From NCBI RefSeq assembly GCF_006345805.1, contig NC_043004.1, positions 102,858,001 to 102,922,000 on the forward strand: a DNA stretch of 64,000 bases, written 5' to 3'. The translations under genes and the position numbers were made by a program. The notes below the pieces were generated by a model. That model saw nothing but the letters and a program-made list of their open reading frames with translations. It had not been told where the DNA came from and ran no database searches. The DNA comes from Octopus sinensis (lineage: Eukaryota). The first letter of the stretch is position 1. Every line of letters starts with the position of its first letter. Of this stretch, positions 1-11,615 are shown piece by piece.

Positions 1-970
1 TTTTTTAATTAGATCAACTAAAAACACAACCTTCAATGAATGTTTAACACTTTAGAAGAGAAGTAACCAGAGTTGTGGATGAAATGGAGACTTTTAGATG
101 AAATTTTCAAGAATGAAATTATAATGTCAGAAAACTGTAAATGATGGTCAGTAGGATCTAGGAAGATACAAAGCAATCAACTTCATCCAAGTTTTCAGGA
201 CATAGATGTAATAATTAGAGTATTTAACATCTTTATTATTGCATTCAGTGGTCAAAAACCCAATCCCTACAACTAGTGTCAATCTGAACCATGGGTTCAA
301 ATTTGGCAACAGCCACTATGTTTTAAGCAACATAGATAATTAGTTTGTGTCAGCCCAAATAGCTGAGAAATAATATCTTTTTCCCATTTTATAGTTGTAT
401 AATAGTGGCCATTTGTAAATAAGAACGCAAAACTATTAAAAATATACAAATTTAGTTTGCGAACGTTTTGTTCTGCTTTGCTGAGACTCCATGTTCTCAG
501 ACCTAAAGGGTAGCGACAGAAAAGAGGAAGACGGAAGGAAGAAACATTTAGTTTAAGAAATAGGGATCATGTGGAAGGATTTTGGAGTTTACAAAGCAAG
601 TGGAAACTAAAAGGGACATCTCACCTTATCCTTGTTCCATGATGAACAAACCTGAGAAAAAGCAAGTAACTTGCTTAAGAAATGCTAAACGATGAAGAAC
701 TGAAGGCAAATTTCATCAATAAAACTTATTCAGTAGTCTGTACCATTTTGTCAACTTGCTAAAGTTCAGGACATTTTTTCAATGTGTGCATGTTATTGTG
801 AGGCTATAGTAATCTAATGGCAATGTGATGTGCAGCTATGGTAATTCCTATCTTTTTGTATCCAAGAAGATAGACCCAACTTTCATTGGATAAAAATAGG
901 TAATTTATGTATGAATATAGAGGAAAAGAAAATACATATAGAAGAGAAAGAGATACAAAGAGATATTTAC

Positions 971-1089
971 CTGGATTACACTCGGAAACACTTTGGCATG
1001 GTCCAGCAAGATACAGTTGAAGGAGCCATAAACACCATCATTGACATAGTACATGAAATGGGGTTCGTCATTTGCATCCGGCTCCCTGT
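971..1089 (-). CDS. ODC1: ODC coding exon 8 (last in window): (D)[39 protein letters not shown]
   Basis: [13 protein letters not shown] motif. Acceptor ttttctttgaaggtgcag (phase 1), donor CAG|gtaaat (phase 0). In-frame alternative AGs would start the exon at 1095 or 1113. The GPTCD exon was not found in 1-970, so the gene continues off-window. Confidence 0.93.
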
Positions 1090-3133
1090 CTGCACCTTCA
1101 AAGAAAAGAGCCTCTTTAATAAGCAAAATAGTGACAGTAGATGACCACAAGAAACAGGGGAATTTCAAAAGGTTCAGCATACAATATAACCAGTATATTT
1201 ATTTGGATATTTCAAAATTCAATTGTAAATGTATGCAACATTTATCAAACATTAACAGTTAGGGACACCATGGAGAAAAAAATAGCTAGAAGCTGCCATT
1301 AATTTAATGTTACAATGCTATGTACATGAGCTTAATGGTACAACACAATGCTGTTGGCAAGTTTAAACCTCGGGTTAATAACCCATTAAGTATATTCAAG
1401 AGACGAACAACAACAACAAAATATTTAAAAACATACATACTTTGTTTCACTGTTCTATAAAGCTGACAAACTCTTTTCGACTCACCTAACTATGTTCACG
1501 CTAAAGGCATCGATGGGAAAGTTACTCGTATCATTAATTTAAATTACCCAAGTAAAATGCCCCCCCTCCCACTAAAAACCTTTACATCATCATCATTTAA
1601 CGCCTGTTTTCCATGTTGTCATGGGATGGACAACCTGACCGGAGCTGGTCAGTCAAAAGACTGAGCCAAGTTCCAGTGTTTGCTTTGGCATGATTTCTAG
1701 GGCTGGATGCCCTTCCAAATGTCAACCCGGTTACACAATATACTGGTTGCTTCTTACACGGCACCATCAGAAGTGAGGTTACCAAATAACCTGAGTGTGC
1801 GTGTATGGAATAGGGGTGTAGTAATAGTGGTATAAGCAGAGGGACAGGAATAGGTATCTTGGCAATAAAGGAGATACATGGCTACCCGAGGAGAGAGAGA
1901 AGCTGGGAGGTGTGATGGAGGCTATACTCAAGTTACAGGGAGGTGTATATAAGAGAAGTAGGACCAAAGATTGGATAGGGTGAATGGGTGGGTAAGTTCA
2001 AAAGGAGAGTGGAAGGTAGAGGTTTAATGAGACCAGAATATTTATTATCAGACAGCAGGTCCACCCTACTGCATAAACACATTCAGTTTTTAATTTGAAT
2101 TTGGGGGGGGGGGCTCTATTTGACATTGACAAGCTTTATAATTTGCTTTTTCATTTGGTGCACACTACATAACATTTACAGTCACATAATGTTATTCTTT
2201 TGGGAAAAATTTTCTCATGCTATCAGATACAGAACGTGCTGAGCATTATAACAAAAACGAAAACAAAAAAAAAAAAAATTCCTAGTGAAATGGTGTTATG
2301 ATGAATAGAATTAGTGCTCATGTTGAGACAAATACAATACACCCTGAAAGTACATCATCATCATCACCCACTTTTCCATGTACGGACCTGACAATTTTTT
2401 GAGGTATATTTTCTACCCATCCTGTTTCTAGACATTTCCCATGATCAGACATTTTTTTCGCAGAAGATTGGAAACAAACAATATTGCTTGTATTATGGTG
2501 ATGCTTGCTTACGACCATCAAGTAATGTTGAGACAAGGAAACACACACACACACACACACACAAAATGGGCTTCATTCAGTTTCCACCTACCAAATTTAC
2601 TCACAAAAGCTTTGGTAGGCCCAGGGCTATAGTAGAAGACACTTAACCAAGGCTCAGCTCAGCGAGACTGAACCTGAGATCATATGATTGTGAAGCAAAT
2701 TTCTCAACCACATAGAAAAGCTTAAATACTTAGATAATACACAGCAGATGTACATTTTGAATTGTTTTCACTTAGGTCAATTCATTTTAAATCTGAATTC
2801 ATTTCATCATTTAACTTGGGACTAAAATTCTGTATTTTCTTGTGGATAACCAAAATTAGTCTGCAAGTAATGACAGCTTTGTCTCAAGCTGCAAATGTTG
2901 ATGTTACATGAGGTATCAATGTAGGGAAGTAAATAGAACCATATAGGAAGTCAGTACTTGAAACTGTGATTAAGGCTAGGTTAAGGAAAAAAAAGAGAGA
3001 CTTCAGTTTGAGAAGGGACTGATCGATGAAAGTGTAACAATCAACGTCTATAGCATTGGCATTTATAATCTAGTATTATTGTGTGTAGAGCTTGCAGAAA
3101 CTTAAAGATTTTTTGAAAGAAGTTGAGCCTTAC

Positions 3134-3293
3134 CAAGCGCATTCTCATCTCTACTTGTTACCCTCATAGCTATGATATTCACTCCAAGGGTATATGCTGA
3201 AGATACAAAGTACCGGCCTGGTTCAGCGATGATGTCCACCCCACATGAAGGAGGGAAGTAAATATCCAGTGACTCATTTATAACTTCAGCAAT
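3134..3293 (-). CDS. ODC1: ODC coding exon 7: IAEVINESLDIYFPPSCGVDIIAEPGRYFVSSAYTLGVNIIAMRVTSRDENAL
   Basis: EPGRY motif. Acceptor tctcttttctag, donor G|gtaagg. 160 nt, phase 0 to 1, consistent with both neighbours. Confidence 0.96.
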
Positions 3294-4458
3294 CTAGAAA
3301 AGAGAGAAACCACATTTAACAGCATTCAAAGTCAATTGAAATGATTAAGAGACGGCTCATGTTACTAGAGCAGCTGCTGCTACTATTACAACTACTAAAT
3401 AATAATAATACAGACTTAAAACAGTAAAACTATTGGAATTAAATACAAACATTTTAACATCTTCAAAGACAAAAGTATTGGCTAGACATGATACTGTTAC
3501 AAGCAGTACAAGGATGGGGGATACACACACACACACACACAATCACAGTATAGACACTTTACAAACAATTACTTGAAGAGTCCAGCTTTTCAAACTGTCT
3601 TTCAAAGAGGTAAAATTCTTCTTGTCCAATATTTTGAATCCAGTTTTGTCCCCTGTTAACGGGTTTGTCTGGATCTACCTCACTCCAACAGCAACTGCTC
3701 TCACACCATCTTGCCCAGTTTGGGACATCCTCCCTCCTGAAGCCAACCCTCCCAATCTCTTCCATGTTTTCTTTGGTCAACTTCATTTTCATGGTTCATT
3801 CACTCTCCTCAGAACATGATCCACACCCTTCCTCAACACAGGTCCATACCACTGCACTCCATTTGTCCTGATTCCTCCAACCCCCAGCTTCCATATCTAT
3901 CTGAGCCTGAACTCAAGTTTTTATTAACACAATGCCGGGCACAATCCTGTGGTTAAGATGTACACATTGCAACTGCATCCTACAATGTCTCCCTTTGGGC
4001 AAGTCTTGAGTCAACCAATGTAAGTGAAATTTGGTAGACTGAAACCAAGTTGAAGTCAGAGGTGGGAGTTTATGTTGTTCCATTGCTTAATTTAACCACT
4101 TAGCATTCAGATTACAGTCAAATGTAATTGCCTATTTTTAGAGTGACAGTGTAGGGTAGGAGTGAGAGGTCAGATCAGACCAGTTCTATAAAACATAGAA
4201 TTTCAGTCCAACATGGCACCTGAATATCATCTATAGGTATTCCAACCAAGATTGTAGTTTGAGGTTAACTTTCTTCCAATGATCTCAAGAAGATCATGGA
4301 TGGTACCCTTCTTCCATTGAGTAAGCCATTAATAGTATCTATCTATCTTTAAAGGCGGTGCTCCAGCATGGCCGCAGTCAAATGACTGAAACAAGTAAAA
4401 GAAAAAAAATATATATATATATAAGAAAAAAGGACAAGAGATGAGATATACAACTTAC

Positions 4459-4624
4459 CTCGTCAAAGGTTATTTCCGGAATTTCATGTCCAGGAAAGCC
4501 TCCTCCTATATCTAAGAGTGTTAAATTGTAGCCAAACTTTTCAGCAACATCAAAGACATGGCGTGCATCTCGGATAGCAACTTCATAGGCTGCTGCTTCT
4601 TGACATCCACTGCCAACATGGAAG
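4459..4624 (-). CDS. ODC1: ODC coding exon 6: (S)FHVGSGCQEAAAYEVAIRDARHVFDVAEKFGYNLTLLDIGGGFPGHEIPEITFDE
   Basis: SFHVGSG and LDIGGGFPG PLP-binding motifs. Acceptor ggttacag, donor GAG|gtaagt. 166 nt. Confidence 0.97.
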
Positions 4625-5567
4625 CTGTAACCAGAATAAATTTATCCGATTATTATTACATTTTTGGCAGAAAAAAAGAAAAGAAATGTAAAATATAGAA
4701 TGTACATGGTCTAACAAGGAAAAACTAATGACTTTAAAATGGCAGCAATTTTTGAATACATCACATACTTGTATCTACTCTATACCAAATCAAGTTACTG
4801 CTACTTACTACTCAAACAATTATGTAATAGCTCATCATCTGAGTCATCCAGGCTACACCACCGATACAATTGTAGTAATTGAGATGTACAAACAATGAGC
4901 TATTTTCATCCACAAGTGGTCGGACACAAGATTGTTTCTGCTCAGAGCTGCTTGCAAATTTCCTTTGTGTCATTGGATGTTCACTTCTTTATATTCAACA
5001 GATTGCAATCTTTACAGCACTAGTATACATAGCTACAGCTTCTAAGCCCACAAATTTGTCTGAAATATCAGTCAAAAAAATGCTATATGGCTTTCAGCCA
5101 CATTGTATGGAAACGATGATTTCCAGCTCATATTGCACACTGATTGACCATTGTCTTCTTTATAAAACCAAATTGCAACAATACTCAGTGTCCACTTCAC
5201 AAATCTTCCAAACCTTCATCTCTTATTTTATGGCTTATCTGGGATATATTGCTTGAAGGCCTTTAAATTCTACCACCCCTTCATCAATGGACAGTCTTTC
5301 TTGGTTGGTAATAGGACTTACATTTACTTTGCAAAGGATCCAGGTCTCAATTTAAAGACATCACCTGGATACTGGAAAGAACATTATAATCATACTTGTT
5401 AAATTAAGAATCATAATATTCTTCTCCATGTATTGCTTTGGTGTTTTGCTCATGTAAATATTGATAACTTAAAAAACTGAATTGTGATTATGATATTAAA
5501 AAATACCCATTATTATATTTACTTAAACACCTTCAATTATGACTAACCCAAAAGTATTCATACATAC

Positions 5568-5705
5568 CTGACACCAACGACTTTTAAGTCAAGGTCTTTT
5601 GCTCTCTTCAGTAGAGATGGCACTGTTTTCAGCAGGCATCCAAACTTCAGGCTTAGTTCACACTGAACCTTATAGTCACTTGGAGGAAGGATCCTGATAA
5701 CCAAT
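5568..5705 (-). CDS. ODC1: ODC coding exon 5: (K)LVIRILPPSDYKVQCELSLKFGCLLKTVPSLLKRAKDLDLKVVGV
   Basis: LSLKFG motif (K169 equivalent). Acceptor ttctttcttag, donor AG|gtatgt. 138 nt, phase 2 to 2. Confidence 0.96.
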
Positions 5706-6373
5706 CTAAGAAAGAACAATAAAGGAATGACAATTAGCAATGTTGTTTGGGATTTTGTAATTGCCATTTTGCAAAGATATAGCTTTTATTGGATTGATTA
5801 TACTATCTTAAATATTTTATCACAAATTTGGCAAAACCATCTCAAAGTAAATGAAAGAAAAAATTAATAAAACCCCATTATGGAAGAGCTATAAATAGAC
5901 CAGTCTCTTACCATGTTAGTCTTTAGCATGAAAATTACTCTCTCAAATGCAATGCTTAATTATTCACATTGTTTTGAATTAACTATGATGCATAATCTCA
6001 TAGCTATAAGATTTCAATGGTATGATTGGTTATTTTCAGAATGACATTATAGGATGGGGTGAGTGGCTGGATCTGGCCAGTCTGAGTATATAAAACAGGC
6101 ACAAAATACGGCCAATTTAAATGCTAAAAGGTTGTTATTAACTGTTCTTCTATGTTAGCACTAGTTAGACAAGAGTGTGTAGTTTTAAGGTCTTTCCTGC
6201 AAGACAACTATTTAGAAAATGAAGGGTCATAAAATCAGTTCAAAATAAGATTTACTATAATGAAAAATAATCGCACAAGTTTATGTAAACCTCAAATATA
6301 AACCTTATGTAAACCTCAAATAGTTACATTAAAAACTGAGAAATGTGATCAAAATAGTGTAAAGGATATTTAC

Positions 6374-6546
6374 TTGGCATCTGGATAGAGTTCTTTAATC
6401 TTGTACAGTTCTGTTTCATTGTCAAATGTCATCAAAGAGACATTATTCTTTGCAGCATATCTTATGAATGATTTTTGCTTGCATGGGTTGGCATAAATAA
6501 TGTTGTCACTAGATACACCGAGTTTCAAGATTTTCGAGATTTCAGT
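6374..6546 (-). CDS. ODC1: ODC coding exon 4: TEISKILKLGVSSDNIIYANPCKQKSFIRYAAKNNVSLMTFDNETELYKIKELYPDA
   Basis: IIYANPCK and MTFD motifs. Acceptor ttttttacag, donor AA|gtaaat. 173 nt. Confidence 0.97.
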
Positions 6547-6761
6547 CTGTAAAAAAAGACAAAAGACTTCATGTTTAATATATCGACAAAGGAACAGCTC
6601 TCTTAGCATATATTTCTCGACAGGTTCTTTTAGACCATAATTTACTAACAAAATCACAAGCTTTTGAGTAACTAAACATAGCAAACAATATCTTGATATT
6701 CAGTGGCCGTTTCAGTCTTTTCACGCCTCATTGTCACAGTTAAGTAAATGAGGGAGGGTAA

Positions 6762-6979
6762 TTAACCCTTTCGTTACCAACCTGGCTGAAATCGGCACTG
6801 GCTCTGTAGTACAAATGTCTTGTTTTCATAAATTTTGAATCTTCCACCAAAACCTAGTAGCAATTTATGTTCCTAACACTAGCTTAATGATAAAGTTATT
6901 TAACGAAATTCTTTGTTATATTTAAAGTAATTGAAAGAAACAGAGCATTTCAAAATAAATACAGTAACGAAAGGGTTCA
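6762..6979. mobile_element. piggyBac-like MITE
   Basis: TTAA|CCCTTTCGTTAC ... GTAACGAAAGGG|TTCA: perfect 12-bp TIR with TTAA-type flanks. Second copy at 11390. Confidence 0.7.
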
Positions 6980-8851
6980 GTGTTGCTACTGTACTAAGGA
7001 TGGTACTGTGACATAATTCTACAACACATTCAACATACTGACTATGTTGTAAAATAATGAACTGAAAACTGGGTTTCACAGAGAAAAGAAATGGCTGAAT
7101 GATTGATTCTCTTAGTAATGGTTCTTCAAAGATTTTGATTTTTGTCAAACAAGAAATTTATAGAGTATAAACATGACATTATAAATAGGAATTCTTTAAT
7201 TCTATGAAATACATGTCGTGAATACAATTTGTATGCAAAAAAAAAAAAAAAACTAAAGATTAAACACGGATGCAGCATTGTAAACATCTAAAACTAAGTC
7301 CCACAGTTTTATGTTTACAGCGAGGAATTTATCAAAGAATTGTGTATCATGTGGAGAACAGTGTGCTTACACACTGTAACACGTAAAAATACAAAAGATG
7401 ATAATTCAAATATCAGCACCCTTATAGTTCCAAATAAACTGTCTTCTTTATCTTAGATCAGCTATGAAATCTTTAATATATACTATTAATTAACAAGTAT
7501 TCATGATCCAAAAGATTCTATAACATCTTCACGTCCAATTTTCGGGAGTCCTGCTTTCTAACATTGCAAAGACAGGGAATAAATACAGAGCAGTTTTTTT
7601 TTTGTTATTGATTGTTCAACTACAAACTCTTCATTGGCAAATCATGTGTTATCACACAGACATCTAACATCTAAATTATTTTGCATGCACTAGGTCTGCA
7701 CCACAGCAAACATGATTCTGGGTCTGACCCCATGGTACAGCAGCTTGAACAAGTATTTACTTATAATCTTGGGTTGGCCAATATATTGAGTGGAATTTGG
7801 TAGACAGAAATTCTGCAAAAGCTTGTCGTGTGTGTGTGTGTGTGCAATTTTTACAGGGAAAAGGTTGACAGTGATTTTTGAAATTTCACCATGAATTGAT
7901 TTTTTAAGGAAGCCTGTACATGATGAAACTTTGGAGAGAGAGAGAGAGAGAGGGGGAGGGAGAGAGCACCCCAAAAGCCCCCTCAAATGCATGGGGTGAC
8001 GCTTCAATTAACATTTGATTGTTTTGATGCATGACTTGTGTGTGTGTATATGTCTGTATCTATGTGTGTGTGTTTACCAATGCAGTCAGTTTAAAAAAAA
8101 AGTTGTGTTGTGTTAAAATATTATCTTAGCCACTTGATAAAATAAGTACGAGACTGAAATAAGTACTGAGGCTGATATGACCGACTAAAAGTTCTGGAAG
8201 GCAGTGCCCTGGCATGGCTGCAGTCCAATGACTGAAACCAGTAAAAGAATAAAAAAAAAAAAAAAATCAAAAAAAAAAAAATCAGTGAAACAACATTGAG
8301 AGGGAATTAAAAACAATAAAAAACCCACAATGTCAGAGACAAATTAGAAGGTCAACATCAGATTTTGAAAGCAACTGACACTAAATACAGGTTGACCTCA
8401 AAAATCTAATCACAAGACATCCAACAAAGCTAAATATGGAAGCAAAGCAAATGAGCTACTGATCTACTTTAACAAAGTTAATGATGAAATTAATTGGGAT
8501 AGAGGAGTTGATAAACTTATCTAGTTTAAAGGCAGTGAGTAGTTGAATACAGCCAACACTACTGCGTGACCTTTACACCGTGTTATTTAGTAGAATACTA
8601 AACCTGCTACATCATTCAATACTTGATGGAAATATCCAGCCGAAGCTTTAATGAAAACATTGCAATGCTTCTCATTTCGAAAAATGTTAATTTGTAATAG
8701 TGAGAGGCAACAATGTGTAATTATACCGTGTAACATTTAGCTGGGTGTGAGAGATGGAGCAGAGAGAAAATATGAAGTGATGGAAAGAGACGATGATGTC
8801 GGTGAAAAACTAGAAGGCTTTAAGAGTGCGAGAATGTTAAGACAAACTCAC

Positions 8852-8928
8852 CATACTGGCACAATCAAATCCTGTTCCAAGGCTGACCAAGGTCTTCAGA
8901 ACCACAGGATCATCATTGCACTTAACAG
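8852..8928 (-). CDS. ODC1: ODC coding exon 3: (A)[25 protein letters not shown]
   Basis: AVKCN with the PLP Schiff-base lysine (AAG at 8923-8921) and GFDCAS. Acceptor gtttactttcag, donor ATG|gtgagt. 77 nt. Confidence 0.97.
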
Positions 8929-9087
8929 CTGAAAGTAAACCCAGAGATTATACTGAAGCTTCCTCTATGTTGCAATGGTGGCAATTATTTACACAATAAT
9001 ATGAGGTTAACTGGCTTTTTAAAAACATTAGTCTATAGATTCATCCATTAATGAGTATCTTTAAACTTTTGGTAGAGTTACTTCCAT

Positions 9088-9236
9088 AGTGGTTGGCATT
9101 AGGAAGGGCATCCAGCTGTAGAAACACTGCAGGATCAGACTGGAGCCTGGTGCATCCTCCTGGCTTCCCAAACCCCAATCAAACCATCTAGCCCATGCTA
9201 GCATGGAAAACTGACGTTAGACGATGATGATGATGA
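9088..9236 (+). mobile_element. Family C repeat (RTE-LINE 3' end or partner SINE) with (GAT)n tail
   Basis: gtggttggcattaggaagggcatccagctgtagaaac ... catgctagcatggaaaac ... gatgatgatg, shared with about ten copies in the window. Confidence 0.8.
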
Positions 9237-9266
9237 ATCCAGGAGTCATTTCTCTAAACAATATAT

Positions 9267-9498
9267 ATTTCTTTACTACCCACAAGGGGCTAAACACAGA
9301 GGGGACAAACAAGGACAGACAAAGGGATTAAGTCGACTACATCGACCCCAGTGCGTAACTGGTACTTAATTTATCGACCCCGAAAGGATGAAAGGCAAAG
9401 TCGACCTCGGCGGAATTTGAACTCGGAACGTAACGACAGACGAAATACGGCTACGAATCTCGCCCGGCGTGCTAACGTTTCTACCAGCTCGCCGCCTT
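9267..9498 (-). mobile_element. Family B tRNA-derived SINE, full length
   Basis: Head GGCGGCGAGCTGG (A box) and GAGTTCAAATTCC (B box). Central gcctttcatcctttcggggtcgataaattaagtaccag resembles the Nin/Meta-type SINE domain (recalled, not verified). Confidence 0.8.
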
Positions 9499-10097
9499 AA
9501 ACAATATAACCGCAGCAAAATTTGATTCTTGGTTCTTATACAAGAAATAAATAGATCTGTGCCTATATTTTGGACATTTACACAATGTTGGAAGAAGTAG
9601 TTTATATCGCCCTTTGTATCATGAACTACTCAACAATGAAGCAGCAGTAGTAGCAGCACCTTTTGTTGAGCTAGGCAGAGAGATGAGACACAGCACAAAG
9701 GTTGTAGCAAAATTAGAACACATGACCCTTATACTATCACAAAGACCTTTCTCTGGCAACATAAACAGTTGTAAATATTTTCTAATACAATGAAATACTT
9801 GGAAGAATTCATTGTCAATAGATTCTTTACATACAGTACCGAGATAGCATCATCATCATCATCATCATTTGACATCTGTTTTCCATGCTGGTATGGTCTG
9901 AACTGGTAAGGCTAGGGGCCACACCAAGTTCCAGTCTATTTTAGCTTGGTTTCTACAGCTGGATGTCCTTCCTAATGTCAACCACTCCACAGAGTATACT
10001 GGGTGATTTTTATGCAGCACCAGCACCCACACTAATGCTTTTTACATGGCAGCTTGTTTTTAGGACATGCAATATATTCTCAAGTACTTGTACTTAC

Positions 10098-10194
10098 CAT
10101 AAAATGGCTTGATTCTTGGTAGTTTGACATTCCAGTTACAATACTTTTCAATAATATCACCAATGTTGCAAATGGTGAAAGCATCTTCACATCC
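10098..10194 (-). CDS. ODC1: ODC coding exon 2: GCEDAFTICNIGDIIEKYCNWNVKLPRIKPFY
   Basis: Aligns to the DAFYVADLGDI..W...LPRV.PFY segment of ODC. Acceptor ttttgttctacag, donor G|gtaagt. 97 nt. Confidence 0.96.
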
Positions 10195-10848
10195 CTGTAG
10201 AACAAAATAATTACTGTTAGAACTACAATTTACTTGCTGTTACATAACAAGAGGTGAATTAATTCTATAGAAATGGTAACAGTTAACAAAGGTACTTTAC
10301 AGTCAGTGGTTTGCAATCTTTTATTATCAGGAGTAATATTTGACCTAATATTAAGTTACTAAATGAAAACACAGTTTTTTTTATTGTGTATCTCATTTTT
10401 ATTTGAATGTATTTTGAAAAAATATCTGAGAAAAATACTATATCCTGCTTTGTATCTATGATTGTCAATGTAGAGTTTTCATAAAAGTTTTGCAATTTGT
10501 AGCTTTCTCGACAAACAGCATGTGAAATAGAGTAGAACTGCACACTCAATAACCAAATAATCTGCTCAATAAGCAAGACAAACAAGTAGGCAAGGATGAT
10601 AAAAACAGTGGTTCATAATATAACCAACTACCCTAACAACTGCTGTTATGTCACTACATGTAGTAGTGGCTCACAAAGTATAAAACCAAATATGAAAAGC
10701 GAAGTTGACCCCCAACAAGATTTGAATTTAAAGTGTAGAGACATCCACTGAGACATCCATTGGTAAGGCATTTTGTCAGCTGATCCATGAATTTTGACAT
10801 CTACCATTTTGGGTTTTAAGAACAACAAATCAACTATAAAGAACTTAC

Positions 10849-10971
10849 CGTTTTTTTGCGATCTTCTATCAGTTGAGCTACAAGCTCCTTGTGGGAAGGA
10901 TTGGGAAGCAGTTCTGGGACTACGATGTTCATTTGGCGTCTCATAATTTCGGAGGAATCTTCAAGCGGCAT
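10849..10971 (-). CDS. ODC1: ODC coding exon 1 (exon 10849-11004): MPLEDSSEIMRRQMNIVVPELLPNPSHKELVAQLIEDRKKT
   Basis: Acceptor catcttgctttcag before 11004; donor ACG|gtaagt, phase 0, matching the next exon. An in-frame TGA lies upstream of the first ATG. In-frame ATGs at 10971, 10944 and 10932; 10944 has the best context (A at -3). Confidence 0.88.
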
Positions 10972-11389
10972 AGAGAGGAGTGATCAAGTAATAATACAAA
11001 CAATCTGAAAGCAAGATGAAAAAAAATATTAAGATGGAAATACTTGAAGGAAATAGAAAAAAAGAAAGAAATTATTCTGAAATTTGAAAATGAGTAACAA
11101 AAAATTGGATTTATTCTTATTCCAATAAAACTGCATCGAAAATATTTCTGTTTGGGACCAGGAAAGTTGCAGTTTTTGTAATTGCTTACCCTCTCTGAAA
11201 TAAGACACAATGAAAATACTATTCACATATTTGGGATGATGAACTATTTAGCAGGATATATCTCTCTACTCAGACCAATCAGTTTTCTCTTATCAACCTT
11301 GCTGTGTCTCACTTTTCAGACCTGTGCTAAATGCTTCATCCAACCTACCATTTTTTTGGGAATCCCACCTTATTTTTCACATTTTGTCT

Positions 11390-11615
11390 TTAATTCTTTT
11401 GTTACTGTATTTATTTTGAGATGCTCTGTAGTTATTTCAATTACTTTAAATATAAAAGAATTTAGTAAAATAACTCAGTTATCATTCAGCTAGTGTTAGG
11501 AACATAAATTGTGGCTAAGGTTTGGTGGAAGATTTTAATTCAAAACTCATGTAAACAAGACATTTGTACTCAGAACTGAAGCCAGTTTCAGCCAGGTTGG
11601 TAACAAAAGGGTTAA
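11390..11615. mobile_element. piggyBac-like MITE, inverted relative to the 6762 copy
   Basis: The body is the reverse complement of 6762-6979. Ends AAAAGGG|TTAA, with a degenerate left TIR. Confidence 0.65.

Noticed and set aside
10646-10828. ORF adjacent to the first coding exon
   Set aside because: No ODC similarity in any frame; the true next exon is 10194-10098.
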